From the NCBI GenBank assembly GCA_951406725.2, contig OX597815.1, positions 80,104,001 through 80,168,000 of the forward strand: DNA of 64,000 nucleotides, in the 5' to 3' direction. The notes under the pieces were generated by a model. It searched no databases. It was not told the DNA's origin and saw only the letters and a list, made by a program, of their open reading frames with translations. Source of the DNA: Octopus vulgaris (taxonomy: Eukaryota). Shown piece by piece: positions 14,761 to 26,479 of this stretch (within the stretch, counting starts at the first letter, position 1; each line of letters starts with the position of its first letter). Position numbers and translations under genes: made by a program.

Positions 14761-16737
14761 TGCACATACAGCCAAGAAGAAGTATTATTTTCTCGTCTAA
14801 TTTTTGTGTGGGTTCATAAGAAGCGAGGGTACATTGAAGTCTTTGGAAAGAGTATTAAAATTAGGGAAGAGAATTTATTTCAACCTGATGATGGAAGCTG
14901 AAGCTGGAATTTGGTCAGAATCATCTTTTCAAATTAAAATAATAGGTTGTCAGATAAATCCGTTCATTTTTTGCTACTAGGTACTTCATTATCATATGTT
15001 TGCAAGGAGGTAAAAGTTATTCAAATTTCAAAAAGCGTTATGCAAAAGTTGTAGAGGAAGAATACAGCTGCAAGTTACCGTAGTCATAAAAGACCACGAT
15101 AAAAATACTTTCCGAGTTAATTCAAACACCTTTGGAGAGGATCAAAATAAGTGATGTGTGTGCGCGCGCGCGTGAGAGAGCGAGAGAGAGAGGTAAAGAG
15201 AGAGATGATCGAATTTATCTGACATCTGGTGACTACGGTCATATTTCACGATGCTGCATTAATACTACACGCTCACATTCCTCTACTGTGGTGTAATGCA
15301 TTTTATCACACTAAATCATATTTGACTTTATTATCTTAGTACAGTATATGATATTACATAAACGGTCACATACATATAAAATAAAAAGATGCAAATCATA
15401 CCACGCTGTTTGTCAGAGAAATTTAACATATTTTACAAAAATAGCAACTAAAATACCACCACCACAACCACAAGCAATAATAACAATACGAACCAACGAA
15501 TGAACTCTCATGTAATGATTCGTATTGGATAATGTACTTCAGGCTTCACTGTTTCTGAAAATAAGATGGGATAGTTATAGTTTGAATGCCTTTAATCATA
15601 GGTCTGCATTATCTTCGGGATGAACAACAATAACAGCAACACAAGCCACACAAGCAACAATATGAACTAAAGTAACAACAGAAATGACAAGAAGAAGAGC
15701 AGTTTGGTAATGTTGCAACCTTCAGGCTATGCGAGTCGGAAAAAGTAAACTTTTTTTAATGAAAAGAACAAACGATATAACTTCTACGCAAATAGTATAA
15801 TACCAGTATTCGTTGCTTACCATTATAGTTAAAGTTAACATACAATTGAAGCTGAAAGTATTGGTATAGGAAGAAACATATATTTACCTCACTACATAGC
15901 ACAGCATTCCAGCCAACGTGAGGTCGCTGGCGCTGCTAGATATAGTAGCACAAAATATCTCATTAATAATATTCTACGGTGTTAAAAAAGGACATGAGAC
16001 ATTAAATAATACTAATAAGATCCGTGTAAATTTCACAGAATGCAAAAAATTAAGAGGACTTACTTTAGAAAGAAAAGTTGATTTGCATTTTTATAGCGTT
16101 CGTAGTTAAGCTTTCTTTAAACATTCTTGACTAATATCAATTTTTTAAGCGACCAGGCGATAAATGATTGTACTTGTGCGTATGCAATGGTCATTATAAA
16201 AAATTAGTTCAATAAAAAAGTACTTTTCAATATCAACACACCACTACCACAGTCACCCTCGTCACCGCTATCTACCTCTCTCTCTGTCAATGTAACTGCC
16301 TTCCCTGTCCATCTCTCTATTTATCTTTCCCTTCAGCTAACTTTTTAACCACGAAATAAGCATTCCTTGCTCCATGCAACCGCACGTCGTAAACGCTTCT
16401 CTCTCTCTTTTTCCTTTCACCGTCTTTTTCTGTCGCTCTTCGCTTCTGCCTTCAGTTGACTACATGACGACCTAAGTGTTTTAATATTAATCAGCTTTCT
16501 CTACTTCTTCCTCTTTGCTTTCTTCACTCCCCCCTCTCTTTCTCTCATTCTTACTCCACCTATCTAACTAACTAATATATAGCAGACAAACGAACGAGCA
16601 GATTATTATATAGATAGTCTAGGATTCCATAAACAGACGCTAAGGTCGCGATTGGAAAGCTTTGTATCATATATCTGGTTAATCAAATTTGCTTTGCTTA
16701 CAGAAATTTTGGTGGACAGTAACTGCGCGGAAGTCCA

Positions 16738-16802
<65 letters not shown>

Positions 16803-17718
16803 TACATATATACATATACGTCTATGAATACATATACACAAATACACACATGTATTTAACAGCTGTTTGACTCTGCCTTATTGCATAAAGTAGTAGGCAC
16901 CGAACACTTTCACATAATCTGATGCTCGGAGGAATTGAAATAAATTTAACATGGCTTCAAGTTGATATTTGTCAGTTCAGGTAATATGGATGTTTTGTGA
17001 CAGTAGCCTGTAATCTCTAGGATTAGCAGGATTTATATACGACTCTACCGTTGTTGTGAGCCAGTTAGACCTAGGATAGCATTACCAGCAGTCGATGGTT
17101 TGAACTTCATTAATGGAAGTTGGGGGCAACAATAGGATAATACTTGTTTTCTGTTTATTGAAAACAGCTGGCTGGTGGGACATGTAAAACTTTGCAAATT
17201 ATCATGGGCCTTGCTAAAAATGATTTATGTAATGTTGGGAAATTAGTTTCGATGGTTGCGGAGTTTTCTAATTAATGCGAGGTATAGAGTTAAAATTCTT
17301 CCTTGCTCTATACGTGAAGTAGTGCATGTGCAGTGTATCTTCCTTTAAAGTCATTGACTCTCATGCATATATAGCGTCTCGTCAGGCCAGGTGGTGTTAT
17401 AATGGCTCTGTAGGTTAAAACCTACGAGAGAAAAGTTCCTTACAAAGAGACAGCTTGTAGTATTCGCCAGTTACAGGTAGAATTGTGACGTGAAGACTAC
17501 GTGATTGTTTTCTTCTGTTGTAGCAATATTGGAAGTTATATTATCTAAACGAGATTAGCTAGCCTTGAAATTGTGGAAAATGAAAGGTCTACAATATCTA
17601 TGGATTATTTGGGAAATGCTTTCTAATCGGTATCACACAGTTCCTTTCTCTGATGGTGAGGTCGAAGACCTCCCATATAAAATAGCATATTAGCAAATCT
17701 ATTTCTCTTTAGTGCTTA

Positions 17719-17945
17719 TACAGCAATCTTTCGACTATTGCGGGTGTTATGTTCCAAAAAACCACGCAATAGGTGAAAATCCGTGAAGTAGAAACAATAT
17801 AGTACTGTTTATTTTATTTTACTATTCTTATAATCTATATATATTTATTTTATTATAAATGCAAAACAAGACCAGGGAGGAATCGACGTAAGCTTAAATA
17901 ATAAACCGCGATAGGTGAACTGCGATATGGAGAAGGATTACTGTA
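17719..17945. mobile_element. Tigger/pogo-like MITE
   Basis: TA-CAGCAATCTTTC ... GAAGGATTACTG-TA imperfect TIRs, with internal CGC.ATAGGTGAA repeats. Confidence 0.55.
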
Positions 17946-18212
17946 TATATATATATAAATAAAATCCCAGAGAAGTACACAACTTCAGTCTCCTTCAAAG
18001 TAGGATTCTCTGACTTCTATGTACTTGTCGTAGCACCCCAGTCCCTTCGTGAAGACTTCACCACTGAAAATCCTCCAAATTGATTGTGTCCAAAATTGTT
18101 CTCTCTAGTTACTCACATTCTCTTTCAGCTTGGGGAACAATCAAAAGTTGCAGGGAGAGCATGAACTGGACTATAAGGAGGGTGAAGGGCAGTTTTGATG
18201 CCCAGGTATTCT

Positions 18213-18412
18213 TGTACTCTTTTACTTCTTTCAGTTATTTGATTGTGGCCATGCTGGAGCACCGCTTTTAGTCGAGCAAATCGACCCCAGGACTTATTCT
18301 TTGTAAGCCTTGTACTTATTCTATCGACTCTTTTGTCGAATTGCTAAGTTACGGGGACATAAACACACCAGCATCGGTTGTCAAGCGATGTTGGGGGGAC
18401 AAACACAGGCAC

Positions 18413-18420
<8 letters not shown>
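18213..18420 (-). mobile_element. CORE-like SINE, 3' half (5' half at about 22719-22795)
   Basis: Matches the family tail up to the internal microsatellite. The matching head in the same orientation lies beyond the 4.2 kb insertion. Confidence 0.8.
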
Positions 18421-18469
<49 letters not shown>

Positions 18470-18474
<5 letters not shown>

Positions 18475-20004
18475 TGATCAAAATAAAATAAAAACATGAT
18501 GCGAAGGATTCAGCGGTACATATGTTTCGGGCCTTTATTAGACAGATTTATAACAATGCATAATGTATGTCTGTGGCCTTCTTCAGCCGCGCACAACAGC
18601 TTCCACAAGGACATGTGTTACATCAGAAATTCTTGGTTGGGGATGCAAATCCTCTCATTCACGTACGACATAATGCGGCAGCAGCATAGAATTGAAGCGT
18701 CCATCTCTTTCTTCTCTCAATGTAGAATGAGGAAAATTGGATGTTGAGGTAATGTAAATAAATACATATATAGAGGTGAAGATGGAGGGGCGAGAGTTCG
18801 GGACGAGGGATAAAAAATGTATAAAAAGTGTAAGTATAGAATAATATAAAAATGTAGAGGATAAAGATATAAAGAGTTGTAAGGAGATGTAAAGGGGGTA
18901 TAAAGAAATATAAAGAAATATAAATAAATGTAAAGGCATAAGGTTATAAAGTAAAAATAGAAATAGAAATAAAAGTAAAAAAACCTGATAAAAACATGAT
19001 AAAAGTGTAAAAGAATGTAAAGATAAGGGATGTGTAGAGGTTACGGACCAAGCATGGTGGTCAGGAGATTGATAAAATTTAGTTGTAGAATTGTCAGTAA
19101 ATCAACAGTTTCGTCTGGGGACCTAATGCGTTGTAAATCAGAGCTGATGAGCATTTAATCTGGTTCCTTGAATTAAATGGACTTCTAGTACATACATATC
19201 ATCATGGATACATACACCCACATACACGCGTACATATACGCCTCCAAGCTTATAAGCATACACACGCACTCGCGTGTAAGCACGTACATAAACACACACG
19301 CACCCACACGCACGCGCGTACACACACATACATACAACAACAGAATATCCGCATGTATACACGGACATTATACGCGTACACACTCACATGTATATACGCG
19401 CGCCCATCACTACATACACACACGTATATGCCCACGCCTCTAGGTCTAGGTATAAGATATTAAAGGATGTGTATAAGAACGTATGTAAAGAATCCCGTAC
19501 TCATGTCTATACGTGCACGCACACACGGCTGTGTGTCCGTATGTGCGTGCACATATACACCCATATACACACACAGAGACATACGCGCACATGGGTATAG
19601 CTATAAGATATCGAAGTATGCATGTACATATATGCGTGTGCACATGTGTGTATGCGTATACACACGTACGCGGACGCTCGTATAGTCAAAAAGTGGATCC
19701 ATAGGTAAGTAAATAAACATATATGGAGGTGTAAAGCGATAAGTTATGGGTAAGAATGAGGGTAAGGGTAAAGATTAGAAATAAAAAATACAGTATAAAA
19801 TAAGAAATACAATGTAATAGTTAGAAATGAAATATAAGAATTATAAAAATTATAAGAGTTAAGGTAAGGAATGAAAATAAAAATGAGAATAAATGGAAGT
19901 AGAATAAAAGTAAAAATAAAATTAAAAATAAAAATAAATGGAAGTAGGATAAAAGTAAAAATAAAAATAAAAATAAAAGTACACATAAAAATAAAAATAA
20001 AATA
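18470..20004. repeat. Left arm of ~1535-bp inverted repeat
   Basis: Reverse complement of 21093-22627; the ORF track shows mirrored ORFs. Confidence 0.97.
18513..18590 (-). ncRNA. Type I hammerhead ribozyme (left arm)
   Basis: Minus: gcgg-CTGAAGA-aggcc...ggccc-GAAA-catatg-TA-ccgc. Confidence 0.85.
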
Positions 20005-20500
20005 AAATAAGATAAAAATATAATTTGGTAAAGTTTAACATGAGATGAAGGTGGTTGAAAGTTAGAGGTGTGTGTTAAACGTAGGGGCGGGCGGGGGGGA
20101 ACTGAAAATTGGAAGGGTGGGAAGTGGAGTTTGGCGGTGTGCGTTCAACATCCGAGTTAGAAATGTGAAAGGGTATAGATATAGGGAATTAAAGAGACTA
20201 CTTAGGGAGGATATGGGTGTAGGAGAAGAAATGTTTAGGGAAAAGAAGTCATATATGGGAGACAAAATTTGTATATATAGGAGGAAAATGCAGGGAACCG
20301 TATATGCACATACACACACCCACACACACACACGCACATGTACATATATATATATGTACACATACGTACACGTATGTACACATACATATGTACACACACA
20401 CACATACACATATACACGCACATATAGGAAAGCGGGATGTGCTGGAGCCGACAGGTTGCACCGGGTGGGAGGAAATTGCATGGGGGAGTTGGTATAGGAC

Positions 20501-21226
20501 CTAAGCATTGTAGTATTTGAAAGTATTAATAAGTTTATGTATACAGGATGGTTTGAACTCTGACCTTTTGTTAATAAGATTGTGTTTGTCTTTGAATTTC
20601 AAGATGTTCAGGAGTTCTACACAACATAGTTGGCATCCTGCTCTATTATTTAAATAAGGTGCAGCTGATCCGATGATGGACCATCTGAGTTTGAAGCCTA
20701 TGTATTTGTCTTTTAATTCCCAAATTCTTTTAGAGAGGGAGGTGCTGTTAGCCTTATGTCTGTGTCTCAGCGAGGACCGGTGGTTGTAGTATCTGGATTT
20801 CCAGGAGGTTGAGCAACCAATATAGGTGAGTGTGTTAAACTGAGTACTCACCTTACATGAGTATATTACGTTTTTCGCCCTACATGCGCCCTGCAGCGGG
20901 CACTCTGATGCACATCTGCAGTTGCATTGCATTGCATTATTCGGTCGTGTGCTGCTAATCCCAGGCGGAGGTGTTGCAATACGAGTGGGGGCGTTGGTAT
21001 CCTCCTGGTTGTTGATGGGTGTAGTATTTCCTCTGTTGTGTTGGCGGGTGTTATTACTAACTGTTTGGGTAGTATGGCTGCCAGTCTGGTTATATTTTAT
21101 TTTTATTTTTATGTGTACTTTTATTTTTATTTTTATTTTTACTTTTATCCTACTTCCATTTATTTCTATTTTTAATTTTATTTTTACTTTTATTCTGCTT
21201 CCATTTATTCTCATTTTTATTTTCAT
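20501..21226 (-). CDS. GIY-YIG endonuclease of Penelope-like (Naiad-type) retroelement, uninterrupted, no RT; N-terminal ~45 aa derive from the low-complexity arm
   Basis: CNCRCASECPLQGAC..NVIYSCKV...TYIGCS..WKSRYYNHRSS....STSLSKRIWELK...LRWSII..A.PY....CQLCCVE....LINKRSE....CIH. The VIY/YIG motifs, catalytic R, E and N, and the Cys/His clusters are typical of PLE endonucleases. Confidence 0.9.
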   Translation of the reverse strand: MKIKMRINGSRIKVKIKLKIEINGSRIKVKIKIKIKVHIKIKIKYNQTGSHTTQTVSNNTRQHNRGNTTPINNQEDTNAPTRIATPPPGISSTRPNNAMQCNCRCASECPLQGACRAKNVIYSCKVSTQFNTLTYIGCSTSWKSRYYNHRSSLRHRHKANSTSLSKRIWELKDKYIGFKLRWSIIGSAAPYLNNRAGCQLCCVELLNILKFKDKHNLINKRSEFKPSCIHKLINTFKYYNA

Positions 21227-22627
21227 CCCTTACCTTAACTCTTATAATTTTTATAATTCTTATATTTCATTTCTAACTATTACATTGTATTTCTTATTTT
21301 ATACTGTATTTTTTATTTCTAATCTTTACCCTTACCCTCATTCTTACCCATAACTTATCGCTTTACACCTCCATATATGTTTATTTACTTACCTATGGAT
21401 CCACTTTTTGACTATACGAGCGTCCGCGTACGTGTGTATACGCATACACACATGTGCACACGCATATATGTACATGCATACTTCGATATCTTATAGCTAT
21501 ACCCATGTGCGCGTATGTCTCTGTGTGTGTATATGGGTGTATATGTGCACGCACATACGGACACACAGCCGTGTGTGCGTGCACGTATAGGCATGAGTAC
21601 GGGATTCTTTACATACGTTCTTATACACATCCTTTAATATCTTATACCTAGACCTAGAGGCGTGGGCATATACGTGTGTGTATGTAGTGATGGGCGCGCG
21701 TATATACATGTGAGTGTGTACGCGTATAATGTCCGTGTATACATGCGGATATTCTGTTGTTGTATGTATGTGTGTGTACGCGCGTGCGTGTGGGTGCGTG
21801 TGTGTTTATGTACGTGCTTACACGCGAGTGCGTGTGTATGCTTATAAGCTTGGAGGCGTATATGTACGCGTGTATGTGGGTGTATGTATCCATGATGATA
21901 TGTATGTACTAGAAGTCCATTTAATTCAAGGAACCAGATTAAATGCTCATCAGCTCTGATTTACAACGCATTAGGTCCCCAGACGAAACTGTTGATTTAC
22001 TGACAATTCTACAACTAAAGTTTATCAATCTCCTGACCACCATGCTTGGTCCGTAACCTCTACACATCCCTTATCTTTACATTCTTTTACACTTTTATCA
22101 TGTTTTTATCAGGTTTTTTTACTTTTATTTCTATTTCTATTTTTACTTTATAACCTTATGCCTTTACATTTATTTATATTTCTTTATATTTCTTTATACC
22201 CCCTTTACATCTCCTTACAACTCTTTATATCTTTATCCTCTACATTTTTATATTATTCTATACTTACACTTTTTATACATTTTTTATCCCTCGTCCCGAA
22301 CTCTCGCCCCTCCATCTTCACCTCTATATATGTATTTATTTACATTACCTCAACATCCAATTTTCCTCATTCTACATTGAGAGAAGAAAGAGATGGACGC
22401 TTCAATTCTATGCTGCTGCCGCATTATGTCGTACGTGAATGAGAGGATTTGCATCCCCAACCAAGAATTTCTGATGTAACACATGTCCTTGTGGAAGCTG
22501 TTGTGCGCGGCTGAAGAAGGCCACAGACATACATTATGCATTGTTATAAATCTGTCTAATAAAGGCCCGAAACATATGTACCGCTGAATCCTTCGCATCG
22601 TGTTTTTATTTTATTTTGATCAATTTA
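21093..22627. repeat. Right arm of ~1535-bp inverted repeat
   Basis: Reverse complement of 18470-20004. Confidence 0.97.
22507..22584 (+). ncRNA. Type I hammerhead ribozyme (right arm)
   Basis: gcgg-CTGAAGA-aggcc(...)ggccc-GAAA-catatg-TA-ccgc: stem I GCGG/CCGC, stem II GGCC/GGCC, palindromic stem III, GUA cleavage triplet. Confidence 0.85.
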
Positions 22628-22718
22628 CTCCACCACCTACACCACTAAACGGTATACACAGGTGCTTATAATTATCAAGTACTCACCCCGAATTTCTATA
22701 TATATATATACATATATA

Positions 22719-22795
22719 CGAAGGGCTTCTTTCAGTTTCCGTCTACCAAATTCACACACAAGGCTTGTGTGGGACTGAAGACGGAACCATGTGGT
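22719..22795 (-). mobile_element. CORE-like SINE 5' half, internally deleted
   Basis: GGGCTTCTTTCAGTTTCCGTCTACCAAATTCACACACAAGGCTT..GTGGGACTGAA..CGGAACCATGTGG. Confidence 0.75.
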
Positions 22796-22806
22796 ATATA
22801 TATATA

Positions 22807-24303
22807 CAGTAGGGGGAAAAATATTCGTACATGTCAAAATTATTTATTTAATTTCTAATGAACAGAAATGGGATATATCAATACTATATTTGCATACACA
22901 TGCATAAACTAAGAATATACAAAGGAAACTAATAAATTATAGTAACTAAGGAATTTATATTCAATTATAAATATTTAGGGGTGGAAAATGTATTCGTACA
23001 GAATAAATTTATGATTTTCTATGCCACAAAATACTGTTAAAATAAATTTTTTTTTTACTAGAACTTTCTTGTTTGTTCCAAAAATGTTATCAGTTGTCGT
23101 TTTTAAGTGTCAAAACGCTAGCTTCTTCATTCAGCACTGAGACAACATAAAGTAGTATCGTAATAATGGCGAAAATTAAAGAACTCACAAATTCAGTGAA
23201 AAACTTAATTATTGAACAGTGGAAAGCAGGTAAAAGCTACAGGAAAATATCAAAGACCCTTTGTATTCCATCTTCTACCATATCTTCATTTATTCAAAGA
23301 TATAAAAAATCGGGAACTATTGAAAACAGAATAAGATCCGGTACACCACGCAAGATTTCCCCTAGATCTTTAAGAAAAATGAAGCGAAGAATCGAAAAAA
23401 ACGCAATGATCACAAGAAAGGAGTTGCAAGATGATTTGCTAGCTTCAGGGACCAGTGTTACACTACAAACAATCAGCAATGAACTTCATAGGAATGAACT
23501 GAAGTCACGCTCTCCTAGAAAATCTCCGCTGTTGACTAAAAGGCGTAGAGATGCCCGTTTAAAATTTGTTTATGAACATAAAGATAAATCTGATGCATTC
23601 TGGGAAAATGTTCTATGGACCGACAAGTCGAAAATTGAATTGTTTGGACGAAATTCGCGTAGCCATGTTTGGAGGAAAGATGGTACCGCCTATTCGCCGA
23701 AAAACGCAATTCCTACCGTAAAGTTTGGAGGTGGCAACATCATGGTGTGGGGGTATTTCTCTGCAAATGGTACTGGGAATTTACATGTGATAGATGGTAG
23801 AAGGAATGCAGAGATGTACCAAAATACTTTGAACAATATTTTATGGGTCTCTGTAGAAAAGCTCCAGCTTTGTTAAGGGTGGGTTTTACAACAGGATAAC
23901 AGCCCTAAGCACACGGCGAAAAGAGTATTGTCGATCACAATATAAAATTATTAGAATGGCCAAGCCAGTCACCTGACTTGAACTTCATTGAAAATTTGTG
24001 GCGTTATTTGACAATTAAAATTCATTCAAGAGCCCCAACGTGCTTTGCAGATTTGAAGAAAATTTGTCAAGAAAAAATGGGGAAAATTCCTAAAGTGACA
24101 TGCGATCATTGATTAAGGACTACAAGAAGAGATTGGTTGAAGTGGAACTGAATAATGGTTATGCTACGAAGTATCAAATCAGAATTATCAATTATTTATG
24201 TTCTGTACGAATATTTTTTCACCCCTAAATATTTATGATTGAATATAAATTCCTTAGTTACTATAATTTATTAGTTTCTTTTGCATATTCTTAGTTTATG
24301 CAT
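22807..24303 (+). mobile_element. Tc1-like DNA transposon with long IR-DR type inverted repeats; right end truncated
   Basis: TA|CAGT left end. The GAAAA.TATTCGTACA motif occurs at about 22816 and 22984. 22901-23003 is inverted at 24201-24303. Confidence 0.9.
23166..24175 (+). pseudogene. Tc1 transposase, premature stop at 23874-23876 plus a deletion in the DDE region
   Basis: HTH N-terminus, VLWTDKSKIELFG, PTVKFGGGNIMVWG; after the stop it continues WVLQQDNSPKHTA...LEWPSQSPDLNFIENLW. Confidence 0.93.
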
Positions 24304-24986
24304 TTTGTTCATGTGTTTACATAATAGAAGATAAACCTAGCTTGAATAGGAAACTGGAATGGAACACTAGCACACACCACAGCATAAGACAGAAGAAGAT
24401 CCCCATAAACTGGTAACAATATAAACAAAACTAAAAACATGATAAAATACACAGATAAATAAACAAATGGAAGTAAATAACTATATACATTAAAAAAAAT
24501 AATAATAATAAAATAAAATAAAAATAATAATAATATGTAGGTGTAAACACATGAACAAAATAAAAATAAACAAAAACCAAAATAATTACACGAACGTATA
24601 TAAACAGGAGATACAAATATTACAGGCACTTCCCTCCCACACACACTAACTAAACATAGACACACATAGAGGTATACGCATGCGCAAATGAAGACACATA
24701 CAATAGGAATACAAAATGGCTGACCGTCAGTAAGGGGAGACACACAAATAAGAAAGAAGAAAGCAAAGGACCGCTGATGAGGTCACAGGAGTGTGACGAA
24801 AGAACTCTGGCCGAAATAAGATTAAGATTAATGTAGAAAAATAAATAACGCTGAAGCAAAGTAACACCAAATATATAGTGCGTGTGTTTTTATTGGCTAA
24901 ACTGGCAAAATGACCATTCCTAAATACAACAATATCTTTTTCAACACACGATTCCCATAAAAAATCTTGCAAAACAAATATATAAA

Positions 24987-25026
<40 letters not shown>

Positions 25027-26479
25027 TATGTATGTGTGTGTGTATGTATACATATGTGTATACATATACAATGCTTATTAGCCATTTGATAAATGGAGAG
25101 GATAAAATATGTACCAGATTGAAATAAATATTGCGACGAGTTGAAGAGTTAAACAATATACTAAACTGTTGAAGGCGAAACCAATAAAATAATACAAAAC
25201 AAGACTAACACATTTTTCTCTTATCTCAGTTTTCTGCCAACCCTACCACTACCGCCACCACCATCACCACCACCACCACCATCAAGTCACTATAACAACA
25301 TAAATAACAATAACAGGTTTACTATTGTTATTCTTATTTTCATTAAGTAATTATGATTATTATTACCATTATTATCGTTGGTATTTTCGTTCTCTTAGTC
25401 ATTGTTGTCACAACAATCATTATTGTAATTATTGTCAAAAATGCTTGTTTGTAGTTATTGTAGTTGTTGTTGTATATGACAGTTATTGTTACGCGTAATT
25501 GCCATCTGCCTTTTGTTCCGGTTTTCGTTATCATCTTGTGGGCACATTTATTGTTGTTGTTATCGCTATTGATGTTACTGTTGTTGAGGCCCCTATTTCA
25601 TTTCTTTTTGTTTATTTATTTCGCATCACGCTGTCCCACTTGCTTCTCCTCCCACTTCTGTTTCTCTTCTTTTGTTTTCTTCATATATACCCTTTTACAC
25701 CCTATTTTGTTTCTTATTTGCTTCCCATCATTGTTCCCCATCCTTTTCTTCTCACAACTGCTCCCAAAGCATCTATCTTCTTTTCTGTTCCTTCGACTTT
25801 CATCACCCCATTTTTTCTTTGCTCTCTCTCACTCTCTCTCCCCCTATTCTTTCTTCACACACCCTCTCTCTTCATCTTCCTATTCTTTCTAATTCTCCCC
25901 GTTACAAATTGCTTTGTCTCTAATGTTATTCAGTGCAACCTTCGATATTAAGCTAAAGAACAATGTCATTTATTACTTGGGCAAAATAGAAGGTGAAGTT
26001 GGTAGGGTTTGATCTTAGAATGTTGGCAGACAAAACTAAATTGATATAAGACAATTTGTCCAGCATACTACTTAATAATCCCTTGGTTAGGTATAAGGTT
26101 ACAAATTTTCAAATAGATTCTAGTAATAACTGGTATTTCTTTCGTCAATCACAGAAGGATTGAATGCAAAGTTAACCGTAACTAGATCTGGACGTATAGA
26201 CTTCTTAGTTGGAACGTACAGATATACAACTAAAAAGAGCAATTTATTGAGCTCAGTGTACTCCCATCGTTTCTATTTGATTGTTATAACATGATTTCAG
26301 TTAATGATTTCTTCATTTAACATAAATCTAAAATTTTGAGATGTGGACATGATATAGGCAATTGAAACGAACCAATGCATATCTTGGGAGTATGAAAGGC
26401 AACGTCGGCCACGGTGTGATTTGAACTCAGAAGTACCTATGTGAGTGACCTCGTCTCCGCACTAGAAGGATATAATCTC

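Larger units (their letters stand above)
18470..22696 (-). mobile_element. Penelope-like (Naiad-type) element with long inverted terminal arms, endonuclease-only core
   Basis: Arms 18470-20004 and 21093-22627 mirror each other (coordinate sum 41097 throughout; about 6 substitutions seen). The 1.1 kb spacer contains the GIY-YIG domain, both arms contain a hammerhead, and (TA)n flanks both sides. Confidence 0.88.

Noticed and set aside
19144-19185. CTGATGA followed by a hairpin, as a second hammerhead in the arm
   Set aside because: The hairpin is followed by GACT rather than GAAA, and the motif is antisense to the element.
20072-20497. Plus-strand 141-aa ORF converging on the GIY-YIG stop (possible partner gene)
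   Set aside because: It is antisense to a pyrimidine-rich 3' UTR, includes (CA)n, has no ATG start and no recognisable motif.
22438-22476. SECIS-like ATGA...TGAT upstream of the hammerhead (some Naiad PLEs encode selenoproteins)
   Set aside because: The helix pairs poorly, the apical AA is not at the expected spacing, and the GIY-YIG ORF has no in-frame TGA. SECISearch would settle it.
18470-22627. Interpretation as a Polinton or other DNA transposon with long TIRs
   Set aside because: There is no transposase, integrase or polymerase and no TSD other than TA runs; the ends are asymmetric, and the hammerheads plus PLE-type GIY-YIG point to a Penelope-like origin.
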